A stretch of 64,000 nucleotides of DNA from Escherichia coli. GTDB taxonomy: Bacteria > Pseudomonadota > Gammaproteobacteria > Enterobacterales > Enterobacteriaceae. The stretch lies in assembly GCF_036507355.1 (NCBI RefSeq), contig NZ_AP027878.1; one strand, 5' to 3'. How positions within the stretch are numbered: position 1 is the stretch's first letter; each line of letters starts with the position of its first letter. Under the pieces are notes generated by a model. The model did no database searches. It was not told the origin of the DNA and saw nothing but the letters and a program-made list of their open reading frames with translations. Position numbers and translations under genes: made by a program. This document shows positions 32,549 to 42,916 of this stretch, one piece after another.

Positions 32549-33400
32549 ATGATAAATTATGTCTACGGCGAACAACTGTACCAGGAGTTCGTCAGCTTCA
32601 GGGATCTCTTTCTAAAAAAAGCTGTTGCACGCGCCCAACATGTTGATGCCGCCAGCGACGGTCGCCCTGTTCGCCCGGTTGTCGTTCTGCCGTTCAAAGA
32701 AACGGACAGCATTCAGGCTGAAATTGATAAATGGACATTAATGGCGCGGGAACTGGAGCAGTACCCAGATCTCAATATCCCAAAGACTATTTTATATCCT
32801 GTACCTAACATCCTTCGCGGTGTGCGTAAGGTTACGACTTATCAGACAGAAGCAGTGAACAGCGTCAATATGACCGCTGGCCGCATTATTCATCTGATTG
32901 ATAAGGACATTCGCATCCAAAAAAGCGCGGGGATCAATGAGCACAGTGCGAAATACATAGAGAACCTGGAAGCAACAAAAGAGCTAATGAAGCAGTACCC
33001 GGAGGATGAAAAATTCCGTATGCGCGTACACGGCTTTAGCGAAACAATGCTGCGCGTCCATTACATTTCCAGTAGCCCTAACTACAATGATGGCAAATCA
33101 GTTAGTTACCATGTGCCGCTATGTGGCGTGTTTATCTGCGATGAAACTCTCCGAGATGGAATCATCATCAACGGTGAATTTGAGAAAGCAAAATTTAGCC
33201 TTTATGACTCTATAGAACCGATCATCTGCGACCGCTGGCCGCAGGCAAAAATATATCGCCTGGCAGATATTGAAAATGTAAAAAAACAAATTGCCATCAC
33301 TCGCGAAGAGAAAAAGGTCAAATCAGCCGCATCAGTTACGCGCAGCCGCAAAACTAAGAAGGGGCAGCCAGTAAACGACAACCCCGAAAGCGCGCAATAG
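32549..33400 (+). CDS. c1: C1 repressor of lytic functions
   Basis: 283 aa beginning MINYVYGEQLYQEFVSFRDLFLKK, recognised as P1 C1. Confidence 0.95.
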   Translation: MINYVYGEQLYQEFVSFRDLFLKKAVARAQHVDAASDGRPVRPVVVLPFKETDSIQAEIDKWTLMARELEQYPDLNIPKTILYPVPNILRGVRKVTTYQTEAVNSVNMTAGRIIHLIDKDIRIQKSAGINEHSAKYIENLEATKELMKQYPEDEKFRMRVHGFSETMLRVHYISSSPNYNDGKSVSYHVPLCGVFICDETLRDGIIINGEFEKAKFSLYDSIEPIICDRWPQAKIYRLADIENVKKQIAITREEKKVKSAASVTRSRKTKKGQPVNDNPESAQ

Positions 33401-33424
33401 TTTCCATCCGGCATGGTTAATGAG

Positions 33425-34909
33425 TTATTCATTAAGCCATGCCAGAGCTTCATCAACCTGCGCTTCGTCTTCGACGCTAAGCACTTCATCTTGGGGAACA
33501 TAGTTCGCCAACATAGCGAAACAATATGTATCCCAATGGTCCGGTGAGTGCAGGTTGAGTTTTTTCTTCATATCTTCCTTTGACATCACCTTCCATTGAC
33601 CTGCGGAATTTATCCCTACCGGTATCTTTGATGCTTCCTCTATAGTCGCAGCCCCCTTATCAAGCCTCATACGCCCTGATTTTACAGCTTCTGCCGCCTG
33701 AATATTCGCGAAAGCGCGCATATCGAAATAAAGGCTTTTATCTTCACGGCTGTGCATCTTTTTACCCCAGCGGATACGCTGGACGGTAATGCCATAGCGT
33801 TCGTACATTAGATCAGCCGTCGATTTCCCCAAGCCATCGCCATCAATAGCTATGGTTATGTTCGGGAACCGTTCTGGGTTACATTCTGCGAAAATCTTGG
33901 CGGCTAACTGCGTTTCTGTAACGTCTGTGTATTCCAGCATACGATAGTTGATTACACGGCGTTTATTTCGCTGGCCGGACACCATCATGATATTAATAAC
34001 GGACTTATCTCGTCCTGTGCCACCAGCAACGTCAACACATGCAACCCAGCCCCATCCTTTGGCAATCTTGACCTTTCGCCGCGTCGCCCGCTCAACCTCA
34101 TCACGACCAAGAAGAAAGCCATCTTGAGATTTGGGAAATTCACCACGTACTTTGATCATGTACATGGGGTTATCACGACCGCCATACTCCGCAAGTTTTG
34201 CTCGTATAAATTTTGCATCTACAAGCGGAGATTCTTCACTATTCAGTATTATCGCAGTAAACAATCCATCAGGATTTCCCGGGCGAATAGCTAGTCTGTG
34301 GTGTGAATCGTAGAAATAGCCTGAAGGTCGCGTAGGCTGGGAAAGAAGCAGAATACGGTTATCCTTACCGGTCAGCGCACCTGTTATCACACTGAATGCT
34401 TTATCACTCACACCCGACGCTTCGTCGATGATATACAAGAGATGATCGGCGTGTTCACCAGCCAACGCCTCCTCATTTCCGGGGCGACAGGACTTTATCA
34501 ATATTGTCCAAACACCCTTGCCAGTCACCTCAAAAAAAGACGTTTCTGTAAGAATGAAATACTTCGACAACCACGGGAATCTGCTAACAGCAGTAGCCCA
34601 ATTGCTCTTTATGTATTTGAAAATACCATCAAGGACTTGCTGTCTTTTGTTAGCGACCAGAATGACGCGAGCGCCGGGGAAAAACATGATGAAGAGTATT
34701 GCAATGATACTCGTCATATCCGATTTACCAGTACCATGGCCGGAGGTCACACTTGTCCAACTGCCGTCCTGCTGCGTGGACTCAATGATCTCATCCTGCT
34801 GCCAGGTTGGTGTCTTCCCAAACAACACATCAGCGGCCGCAATCCAGTCATAACGATATAGCGCCACCAGCTCGCGCCAACGTGGGTCCGTTACGCAACT
34901 TCTGGCCAT
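33425..34909 (-). CDS. pacB: Terminase large subunit PacB
   Basis: 494 aa; GHGTGKSD Walker [11 protein letters not shown] Walker B-like; convergent with c1. Confidence 0.85.
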
Positions 34910-36102
34910 TAATCATCATCCCCGTACAGTTTGCGGGTAACTTCTTCGTCTTCCTCCTCGTCTTCGTCCAGATCCTGTTCAAGCCATGCTTCGTTTGATA
35001 TGCCTTCCGCATCGACATCACCATAACCACCTGTATCGACGATATCGGCAATTTCTTCTCTACGATGCTCAATCCACAATGCCGCATCAGCGCGGCGGCT
35101 GGCGGCCCGTTCTCGCGCGATTTTATCCAGATCTTCAAGTGATGGAGCGCCAGATGCTGTTTGGTTTTCCTCATCATCGGTATTGGTCTTAGGAGCACGC
35201 AGATCGGCTTTGATTTGCTCCAGCATCAGGGGCGGCACTTTTCCTCCATGCGCCTCGATGAATTCAGCCGCTTCCAGCACTGACCAGTTATTTTCACGCT
35301 TTCGTTCGTATGCCAGCTTAACAATGCCAGCTTGCCCCATAGATAAAGCGTGCTTTTCCGCCTCCCGGCTTTCTTTTCGATAGTTATTCCGGATGCTGTA
35401 AATGGTGTTGATCAGGCTGCTTATCTGCGCGGAACAGCTGTTTAGCATGCTCGCGATACGGTATTCAGGCGGAGTACCTTCATCATCGTCTTTTTGCTGA
35501 TCGCGCATTTCCTGCACTAGGCGAATACACGTATCCCTGGCGTTCTCCAGCATAAGGAGATGAGAAAGAGACTTTTCCAGAAGAGTGGTTTCCAGAACAT
35601 CGGCCCCGGACCGACGCAACATAGCGCGCGCGGCCTTCCGCGCTTCAACGTTATCTATCAGGTAATCGCCAGCTTCGAATTCAAAGCGTTCACCATCATC
35701 ATCCAGGGTGTCGCGTTCCAGGCGATCACGTAAGGTCCGGTGGGCGCGGGTGATCACGTCATGATCATCTGAACGATCATTTATGCGCTTATTTTGGCGC
35801 TTCGCATTCTCGACTGCGGCACTGACAACGGCATTAACTCTTTGTTTTTCCGCTATTTCAGCCGAAATGTGATCACCTGCATGTTGATCATTAGAGTGAT
35901 CAATGATCATGCTTTTTAGTGGCTTCCTGACTGGCTTATTTGGCTTGCGGCTGTCCGTAGTCCTGGTGTCTTCTTTGAAGGCACGGAGATAACGACGTGC
36001 GGTATTAGGGTTAAGATTAAACTCGGCGGCATACTGTGCGATGGTGTAACCACCATCTCGCGCCAGGCGAGCAAAATTCTTCTTGTGATCGTCCCAGGTC
36101 AC
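34909..36102 (-). CDS. pacA: Terminase small subunit / pac-recognition protein PacA
   Basis: 397 aa; contains the pac site within its coding sequence. Confidence 0.85.
35751..35909. other. pac: pac packaging site (clustered TGATCA elements with Dam GATC sites)
   Basis: TGATCA at 35751, 35762, 35870, 35885, 35897, 35904 and CGATCA at 35774; two clusters about 100 bp apart, span about 160 bp. Confidence 0.75.
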
Positions 36103-36187
36103 TTATGCTTCCTTTCGTAAAAACTCTTTTTGACGCGAGGGTAACGAAAGTCACATGTCAAAAGGCCCGGAACGGGCAAGCAATCAA

Positions 36188-36640
36188 TCAGATACGTGCG
36201 GATGTGGCATTACCGTAATGACGGTGCTGACGGGCCACCTTATTGAAAAGTTGACGCGCCATTACCCAAGGCTGGTGCTCCCGGCGTTCCTTTTCGTCCT
36301 GCGTCATATAGAGTTCGTTCTGGAGTTTTTCATCAAACCGGCGCGGAGCGCGGCTACGGCGAAAGAATTCAGGATTCAGAGAGTGGATCTGAAATCTACG
36401 TGGGCGTGTACTGTCATCTATCAAAACAGACGAATACTTAGACACAGCGATAGCCTTTAAGCGCAGATAAACATCGCGCTTATCGACATCCAGATGCGGG
36501 TATTCCTTTTCAAGAATTGCTGCGAGTTCTTTCGCTGATAGAAGAGATTTAGTGCGGATCATGTAATCCGCAATCTCGTACGATGTTATTCGTGAGTGAT
36601 TTATTTCCATGAAGTGGCGTCCCTGCCAGTTAAGTAACAT
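36188..36640 (-). CDS. lpa: Lpa, late promoter activator (gene 10)
   Basis: 150-aa ORF upstream of pacA with a C1 operator immediately 5'. Confidence 0.55.
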   Translation of the reverse strand: MLLNWQGRHFMEINHSRITSYEIADYMIRTKSLLSAKELAAILEKEYPHLDVDKRDVYLRLKAIAVSKYSSVLIDDSTRPRRFQIHSLNPEFFRRSRAPRRFDEKLQNELYMTQDEKERREHQPWVMARQLFNKVARQHRHYGNATSARI

Positions 36641-36710
36641 CCTGTCACCTACTGATTAGCCCATGTCAACTAATCAACGTGGAATATAATACCCTCGATT
36701 AAAGAAATGG

Positions 36711-36727
36711 CAATACATTAGAGCAAT
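36711..36727. promoter_or_regulatory. C1 operator-like site upstream of lpa
   Basis: CAATACATTAGAGCAAT, 3 mismatches. Confidence 0.45.
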
Positions 36728-36728
36728 T

Positions 36729-37772
36729 TTATCTAACACTCGACGAATGACTTGTGATAACGCCCACTCCAAGCGCGTAATCAAAGAACAATCGTTGATG
36801 CATCGCCAACCTACCGTGCGTCTTCTCCCAATTATCGCGGTCACGCTCAATATCACGCTGGCATGACTGGCACAGAGGAATTGCGTAAATGTCATGCGCG
36901 CATAATCGACTATGACGAACGATATAAGGCGTAATGTGAGCGCCAGCTCCCGCAGCTCCACACCCACAGCATGGACGGGAAGCAACAAAGTCCATGTACT
37001 CAGGTAATTTTAGCGATTGCAGTTTTGGTATTTTGAAATGCGCCATGCCAGGGTCGGAGTCAACATCCACAGGGCATACTTTTGCACGCATCGGCGCGGC
37101 GCGTTCTTCCATCATCTGAACATATGCTGTAGCGCGATCGTCATACGGGCGAATATCCGCCTCTTTCAGAGGTCCGCTATCCTGCGGAGTAGCCTTCATC
37201 TTATTTATTGATATGCGGCAGACTTCTTCCGGCATCAGGTGCATCATGTTGCGCATGAAAGCCCACCAGCACAGCTCCTGAATACTTAAATCATGGCTAT
37301 TTGAAAGGCCCATTTCCTGACGGGCGACATCCAGTATCCAGTTAACGCGATTATTGTGCAGCGTTTCTTTCAGCTCATTAAAACCACGCATCCGGTAATG
37401 GTTATCGTGATGCCAGCACAACAACACCGCGCTATTGTCTCGTTCAGCGTGGACAATATGGTTGTCACACCAACTACGATCTGCGGCCTGGCATTGACCC
37501 TCTTTCCTACGCAACCACGCCACCAGCGCGTCAATTCCACCAATACGGCGAAACAGTTCATCGCTGTTAAAAAACGGCTGCAACGCCTCATTTGTTGCCA
37601 TGGTTTGCTCGGTAACAACGAGGCCGTCTTCCATGTGCTCGATTAACTCACGCGGCACCGGCTCCATAATAAATTTACGGCCAGCCTCCACCAGCTTTCT
37701 GACCTCCTGATCCACTTTGAACGTGGCGAGGCCAAGCTCTTTCTGTACAAAGGGAGTAATTACGGCTTTCAC
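36729..37772 (-). CDS. Hypothetical Cys/His-rich protein, second gene after doc (pdc-like)
   Basis: 347-aa ORF; C-terminal [12 protein letters not shown]...[15 protein letters not shown] cluster suggests metal binding. Confidence 0.45.
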   Translation of the reverse strand: MKAVITPFVQKELGLATFKVDQEVRKLVEAGRKFIMEPVPRELIEHMEDGLVVTEQTMATNEALQPFFNSDELFRRIGGIDALVAWLRRKEGQCQAADRSWCDNHIVHAERDNSAVLLCWHHDNHYRMRGFNELKETLHNNRVNWILDVARQEMGLSNSHDLSIQELCWWAFMRNMMHLMPEEVCRISINKMKATPQDSGPLKEADIRPYDDRATAYVQMMEERAAPMRAKVCPVDVDSDPGMAHFKIPKLQSLKLPEYMDFVASRPCCGCGAAGAGAHITPYIVRHSRLCAHDIYAIPLCQSCQRDIERDRDNWEKTHGRLAMHQRLFFDYALGVGVITSHSSSVR

Positions 37773-37799
37773 ATCACACCTTTAATCACTGATTGGGCT

Positions 37800-38000
37800 T
37801 TATCTGCTGCCCGGCATTCTCTGTTTAAGCACAACCATTTCCTGACGGCATAACACAGCAATAGCGGTCCTGACTCCAATTTGCTTACCAACCAGGTATT
37901 GCTTTACCTTGCGGCGACTCACGCCATCAAGAAGCATCTTTAACGCTTCACGGGACAATTTGTTGTATTTGCGTGCCATTAATCTACTCCGCAGAACCAT
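37800..38000 (-). CDS. Small hypothetical protein immediately after doc
   Basis: 66-aa basic ORF overlapping doc stop. Confidence 0.3.
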
Positions 38001-38364
38001 ACAATCTACGTAACGTGTCGGCGACAGAAGATACAGATATCTCGCCAGTCGCAGCGCCTACAGTAAGGTCTGCCAGTTCAGGTGAATCAAATACCTGCAC
38101 CCCGTTACGGCGTAGAAATAGCAGCGCACTGTTTAGCGCGGTACGCTTATTGGCATCATTGAATATATGCCCTCTCGCTGTAGCCACCAGGTAGGTGGCG
38201 GAGACTTCGAAAAGGTCGGTGATCTCTTCGTAGGCAACTCTGGCCTGAACTCTCCCGATAATGGCCTCTGCCCTACCCGGATCAGACATTCCCGGCAGGC
38301 CGCCGTAGCGGCTTATATTCGCATCATGAAGCGCAATAAGTTCTTCCGGTGATATATGCCTCAT
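37984..38364 (-). CDS. doc: Doc toxin (Fic-family kinase, death on curing)
   Basis: 126 aa [25 protein letters not shown]... with Fic-like [11 protein letters not shown] motif. Confidence 0.9.
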
Positions 38365-38585
38365 TATCGGTTAACCAGTTCCTTGTTGGTGGAGTCCAGG
38401 GTGTCAAACAGGGATGCAAATTCAGCATCCAGCGCCGCTTTTTTGTAGGCTTCGAAAGTAGCCTTGCTGACAATTACTGCTGGCTCACGGCCTCTGCGGG
38501 TGATTTCAACCTCTTCCCCGGCTTCAACATTGTTGAGCACTTCAGAAAGGTTGCCACGCGCGGTACGGAAGTTAATGGATTGCAT
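38364..38585 (-). CDS. phd: Phd antitoxin
   Basis: 73 aa [73 protein letters not shown]; stop overlaps doc start. Confidence 0.9.
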
Positions 38586-38657
38586 AAACACCTCGTGTAC
38601 TCGTTATGTGTACACAATTATAAACTTCACAGGCATAAAGCACCAGCACTTTGCAGC

Positions 38658-39047
38658 TTAAATAACCGGACAATCATCAAATTCCCCACTTCGGGCATCA
38701 TTGATGACATGAGTGATCACACCAAAAACAGCATTACTGCCCGTGTATCCATCGTCATCTACTGGTAACGCCTCTTTCTTCCCGGTGCTTAAATCCTCCA
38801 GGTGCTGGCGCGGATACTTCCTGTATCTCTTTATGCGATATTCACCCTCCATAGCGCACACAAGCAGAGAACCATCAACCGGAGTAAGCGAGGAATCAAC
38901 CACCAGCAAAGCACCCTGCAATATTCCCTCACGGTGATGGCTATCAGCTGCCCGCATGAAGTAGGTTGCTGATGGATGCCTGATTAGTTGCTGATCAAGA
39001 GAAATTCGGCTTTCAACATAATCCGCCGCAGGAGAAGGGAAGCCCAT
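38658..39047 (-). CDS. humD: HumD, UmuD-like S24 peptidase
   Basis: 129 aa, UmuD' homology (…GDSM-like core, LexA/UmuD fold); SOS box just upstream. Confidence 0.8.
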   Translation of the reverse strand: MGFPSPAADYVESRISLDQQLIRHPSATYFMRAADSHHREGILQGALLVVDSSLTPVDGSLLVCAMEGEYRIKRYRKYPRQHLEDLSTGKKEALPVDDDGYTGSNAVFGVITHVINDARSGEFDDCPVI

Positions 39048-39067
39048 AGCGTTTTCACCTCAATAAT

Positions 39068-39087
39068 ACTGTTCATTTATACAGTAT
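39068..39087. promoter_or_regulatory. LexA (SOS) box between divergent humD and lxr
   Basis: TACTGTTCATTTATACAGTA fits CTGT-N8-ACAG. Confidence 0.75.
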
Positions 39088-39220
39088 ACATTAAAGAGAC
39101 ACCTTTGGTGCAAACGCGTTATGGAGCTTAACCCCTCTGATGACTTTGTGCGCTTTGCTACTATTCATCACCGCTGGATCAGCGTAACCTCGTAACTAAT
39201 CAATTAATAAGGAATTAGCC

Positions 39221-39793
39221 ATGCCTGCCCGCATTCCTCTCGATCCTGCATTGCCCAAAAATTTTGACTGCACTCCTAACGAGAAACGCTCCAAAGCCCA
39301 TCTGGACGCCTGGTGGGACCACCCCTATGGAGTTACAGAACCTGACGGGAAAATTGTTGTTTATTGTCTGAACGGTGGCGCGTGGGACCGTCCATCCGTG
39401 CTTGGTTTTGTAGATAACTATGATGAAGCCTGTGAACTTGCCGAAAAACAGCAAGCTAGATGGGTCAAAACACGGTCTAAACCGTCATTCATGTTTTCAA
39501 TAGAACCGCCATTTATACTGGCAAGGATGCCGCAGCGACCGGATCATCAACAAGAAATTGTTGCTGAATTTTCCTCAAGGGATGAGATGAATCTCTTCTC
39601 ATTAAAGCAGGAAGAAAGGGATCGCGTCGAAGTGTCTCCAACTCTCGACCACAACCGGATGAACCTGGCCCAACTCGCCTGGTACAGCAAAGAATTAGAG
39701 ATGTCTATTGCCCGACTTGAAAACGAAAAAGCCGCTATCCAAGCCCAGCATGAAGCTGTCATTGCCAGGATACGAGAAGTTCAAAACGGTTAA
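39221..39793 (+). CDS. lxr: Lxr (LexA-regulated), hypothetical
   Basis: 190-aa ORF divergent from humD across the SOS box. Confidence 0.5.
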   Translation: MPARIPLDPALPKNFDCTPNEKRSKAHLDAWWDHPYGVTEPDGKIVVYCLNGGAWDRPSVLGFVDNYDEACELAEKQQARWVKTRSKPSFMFSIEPPFILARMPQRPDHQQEIVAEFSSRDEMNLFSLKQEERDRVEVSPTLDHNRMNLAQLAWYSKELEMSIARLENEKAAIQAQHEAVIARIREVQNG

Positions 39794-39799
39794 CTACCG

Positions 39800-40063
39800 C
39801 TATTTCTTTACGGCATCATCTTTCTGATATGCCGGATCGCTCCCTTTTGGCAACTGGAGGCTTAACTGCCGGTAGTGCCGTAGCCGTTCCATGAAATAGG
39901 TGCGCAGATTCTCTGGTTGCTCGCGGGCTACCTGTTCAGCTATGACAGGTATGTTCAATCGCTCTTTGTACGCCACACCGCTGGCAGCCAGATCAACGTT
40001 AACCTTATCCCGTTCTTCCTGACTTTTAGCTGCAATATTCCAATCGTACATATCAAATCCCAT
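39800..40063 (-). CDS. hot: Hot, homologue of DNA polymerase III theta subunit
   Basis: 87 aa; [36 protein letters not shown] matches HolE theta. Confidence 0.85.
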   Translation of the reverse strand: MGFDMYDWNIAAKSQEERDKVNVDLAASGVAYKERLNIPVIAEQVAREQPENLRTYFMERLRHYRQLSLQLPKGSDPAYQKDDAVKK

Positions 40064-40500
40064 CCAGAATAATTGAGTAACGACTATTATTTAACCAGCA
40101 AAGTAACTTTTAATTTTTTTTCTTCTCCCATTGATTTTTGTGCACAGCTTATCTGCCTTGCCGTGCGCAGAATCAACTTTTTTCTTCCTGATTTATCCAC
40201 AAAGTTATGCACTTGCAAGAGGGCCATTTTCTAAATATTGTGATGCTTCACAAATGAAATGAATTTTGATTAATGAAGATAAGGAGAAAATTTGAGATGC
40301 AATCATGACGTTAATAGATAGGGTCTGCATTACAGACCCCACCCGCATCAAGGAATTAGCCGTTCCCTGATGTTGTTCCGAAAACATGTGCCGTAAGCTC
40401 ACGTTAACGACTTTCTTTCACCGAATCCAACTATATAAGGGTTGGGTTTCTACGTCAACGTGAGCAAGTGCTCCTTTACATTTGACAAGGAACCACCTTA

Positions 40501-40638
40501 ATGACTGCTTTTTTTCAGTTCCTGAGTGCATTTTTAGATGCGCCTGTTATTAGCCAGATTCTGGCTATTATCCTCATCATCGTTTTGATTTTGCTTTTAA
40601 GGTCAGTAAAAAATGGAATTATGCACTGGCTTACTTAA
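40501..40638 (+). CDS. Small hydrophobic peptide (45 aa), hypothetical membrane peptide
   Basis: AAGGAACCACC RBS then ATG; MTAFFQFLSAFLDAPVISQILAIILIIVLILLLRSVKNGIMHWLT; followed by a 19-bp perfect palindrome. Confidence 0.3.
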   Translation: MTAFFQFLSAFLDAPVISQILAIILIIVLILLLRSVKNGIMHWLT

Positions 40639-40713
40639 TGTTTCAGTGAAACATTAAAATCTCCTTGATGTGGAAACAATAATTTTCTGTATGTGCTGGT
40701 GGGTACCTGTAGT

Positions 40714-41076
40714 TCAGCTTTCGTTGGCATTTAACTTCGTCTTTGCTTTCTCCACCAGCAACTTCCAGATGCCTATTTCATTAGCAGCCGCCTTGATGGC
40801 GGCATAAAAAGCATCTTGCTGATCGTAACGCTGAATCTGTTTTTTCAGTTTTGCCTCCACCAATTTAATTTCATTACGTGCTTTCTGAAGCCGCAGCGCC
40901 GCCCGGTTACGTCTGTTCTTGTATAGCGCGTTAATCTCTGACAATTGCTTTAATTTACCAGCCTGACTGCGGATTATCGCCTCTCTGACTTCTGCCGTGC
41001 GTCTCATCTGATCTCTTAAGAGTTCACCGTTTTCGATAATTCTTTCAAGGTGTTTGATGTGATCTGCAACTCTCAT
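40714..41076 (-). CDS. Hypothetical coiled-coil protein
   Basis: 120-aa ORF, last gene of a minus-strand operon. Confidence 0.45.
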   Translation of the reverse strand: MRVADHIKHLERIIENGELLRDQMRRTAEVREAIIRSQAGKLKQLSEINALYKNRRNRAALRLQKARNEIKLVEAKLKKQIQRYDQQDAFYAAIKAAANEIGIWKLLVEKAKTKLNANES

Positions 41077-41408
41077 ACTTCACCCTCGCTTGTATCGCCA
41101 GCATCCACCAACGGCAATAAAGCCATGGCCATCTTATGAACCAACAGAGCATCGATAATGCCAAGCGTATGCCCCGGCTTAATGTTTAATGCCGCCTCAA
41201 GGTGACACCTTTCTAGGTCACTTTTCTCGGCTTGTTTATGATGATCTGGCGTAATAACGTCGCCCAAAACACGGCTAATTCTTTCTCGTAATTGCTGGGT
41301 GCCAGCACACTTGACCGCTGTATCGTGGAGGCGGTTAACCAGTTCGCGATAAACATGCGGCTTAATTCGGATACGTTCACCGGGGACGCCCTTTCCTTTC
41401 GCTGGCAC
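41073..41408 (-). CDS. Hypothetical protein; overlaps upstream ORF by about 195 bp in another frame
   Basis: 111-aa ORF with protein-like composition. Confidence 0.3.
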   Translation of the reverse strand: MPAKGKGVPGERIRIKPHVYRELVNRLHDTAVKCAGTQQLRERISRVLGDVITPDHHKQAEKSDLERCHLEAALNIKPGHTLGIIDALLVHKMAMALLPLVDAGDTSEGEV

Positions 41409-42142
41409 CGAACTATCCGGAATGTCCGGATAGTTGCCAGCCTCGTAACCCAGGGATTAGCACTCCAGCTTTCTTCGCCGTAGATGGATTCCCACAGGCG
41501 CTGGAACGCAACCTTGGCCATTGCGAAATCCCCCTTGGGAGTAAGGAATGTTCCCGGGTGATCAGGAAGCAAACTTCCAGCAGGCGGAACGCCCTCATCC
41601 CTTGCATCGCATTCGCTGATATCGTTCAACCGTTCAACGCGCACGTTGGTAATTTCCAACAGAATGCGTGATGCCCATCGCGGCATGTGAATTGATGGAC
41701 GCCACCCACCATCAAACTTTTCATTCACAGTGTGAGGTTTCCAGTCGGCATCATCGGGTATCGACCATAAGCCGTAATCACCAGGTTTTTGCTCGCAACT
41801 GGCCCGATAAATCCTTGCTGCGTTCTTCTCATCGCCACGACAAAGGTTGTCGTTCCAGTCCACACTGCAACCATCCTCATTGCCTAATATCGCCCATGTT
41901 TCACGAACCCAAATTCGATCGCCGACGATACCAAATGGGCAATTGAAAACACTGCTTACACCATCAGCCCCGTACCACTGAAAACCTGCACCAATTTTTC
42001 TAACCATCACTGGTGCTTCTGGACCAACTTCCGCAGGCTGATTTTTCATTATCCGCCGCGTCTGCGTTTTCCTTCCTTCGAGGATGGCCCGGACCATCTC
42101 ATCGTTGAAAATCATGCCGCGCTCTTTCACTTCGCCTTTCAT
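41213..42142 (-). CDS. ASCH-like domain protein (C-terminal third uncertain)
   Basis: 309-aa ORF; N-terminus FNDEMVRAILEGRKTQTRR and ...NPWV resemble ASCH/PUA-like proteins; tail beyond NPWV overlaps next ORF. Confidence 0.45.
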   Translation of the reverse strand: MKGEVKERGMIFNDEMVRAILEGRKTQTRRIMKNQPAEVGPEAPVMVRKIGAGFQWYGADGVSSVFNCPFGIVGDRIWVRETWAILGNEDGCSVDWNDNLCRGDEKNAARIYRASCEQKPGDYGLWSIPDDADWKPHTVNEKFDGGWRPSIHMPRWASRILLEITNVRVERLNDISECDARDEGVPPAGSLLPDHPGTFLTPKGDFAMAKVAFQRLWESIYGEESWSANPWVTRLATIRTFRIVRCQRKERASPVNVSELSRMFIANWLTASTIQRSSVLAPSNYEKELAVFWATLLRQIIINKPRKVT

Positions 42143-42151
42143 GCATCCCCC

Positions 42152-42238
42152 TTACCCATGCGCGACGATGCCGCCAAAAGTGATAGAGAACAGCCAGAAA
42201 TAGATCGCGGCCATAATGATTTTGAATGCCGTGTTCAT
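42152..42238 (-). CDS. Tiny hydrophobic peptide (28 aa) translationally coupled to the ASCH-like gene
   Basis: CAGGAG RBS, MNTAFKIIMAAIYFWLFSITFGGIVAHG; its stop is followed by a GGGGGA Shine-Dalgarno that serves the ASCH-like start. Confidence 0.3.
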   Translation of the reverse strand: MNTAFKIIMAAIYFWLFSITFGGIVAHG

Positions 42239-42320
42239 ATTTTCAGCTCCTGTGATTGATTGGAAACATGCCGCGCCTTGCGGCATGTTTTTATTTTCAC
42301 TTTCTCTGTTTTAAAAATCA

Positions 42321-42337
42321 AGATTTATTAGAGCAAT
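42321..42337. promoter_or_regulatory. C1 operator upstream of the ASCH operon
   Basis: AGATTTATTAGAGCAAT, one mismatch. Confidence 0.65.
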
Positions 42338-42843
42338 TATTGTTGATGAAGAAGCGCATTTTCATACTCCCTGACCATTAACGTAAGCACGCCGTGCCTC
42401 CTGAAAACACGCGCCACTTCAATCTTATCTTCCAGCGCGAACGCGATTTTACTTAGACCAATTTTCTTAAGGAGATCAATCTTTGCTGGGCCGTCATTTC
42501 TGTCATCTGTGGCAGGACGCATAGATAGCAAAGGCTCAGCCCCGTTTGTTACGTACTTCCGCAGCCAGGCTCGTGTTTTATCCCTTGCGATCTCACAGCG
42601 CCCGGTTACAAACCAGACCGTGTAAACGTTAAATAACTGGCGCACCATATCAATAACTGGAGTGATGGGAGTATCGGTGTCACAGGCGAGATTAAACTCG
42701 TTCCAGTCCTTTGTTAATGCACCTTTACCTGGTGGCGGAAGCAAATGCAGTCTGTCTTCAGTTGCCTCTGATATTGTTCCATCAATATCGACTATGACGA
42801 TATACGGACGTTCCTGGTGTGCGTGTTTATTGAAAATACTCAA
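42337..42843 (-). CDS. HAD-superfamily phosphatase-like protein
   Basis: 168 aa; IVDIDGT motif I near N-terminus. Confidence 0.55.
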   Translation of the reverse strand: MSIFNKHAHQERPYIVIVDIDGTISEATEDRLHLLPPPGKGALTKDWNEFNLACDTDTPITPVIDMVRQLFNVYTVWFVTGRCEIARDKTRAWLRKYVTNGAEPLLSMRPATDDRNDGPAKIDLLKKIGLSKIAFALEDKIEVARVFRRHGVLTLMVREYENALLHQQ

Positions 42844-42916
42844 ATGCCCTCCTCATTGGACGAAAAAAATGCTGGTGGGACGCACTCCACCAGCATTAAA
42901 AGTGACACTGTAACTA

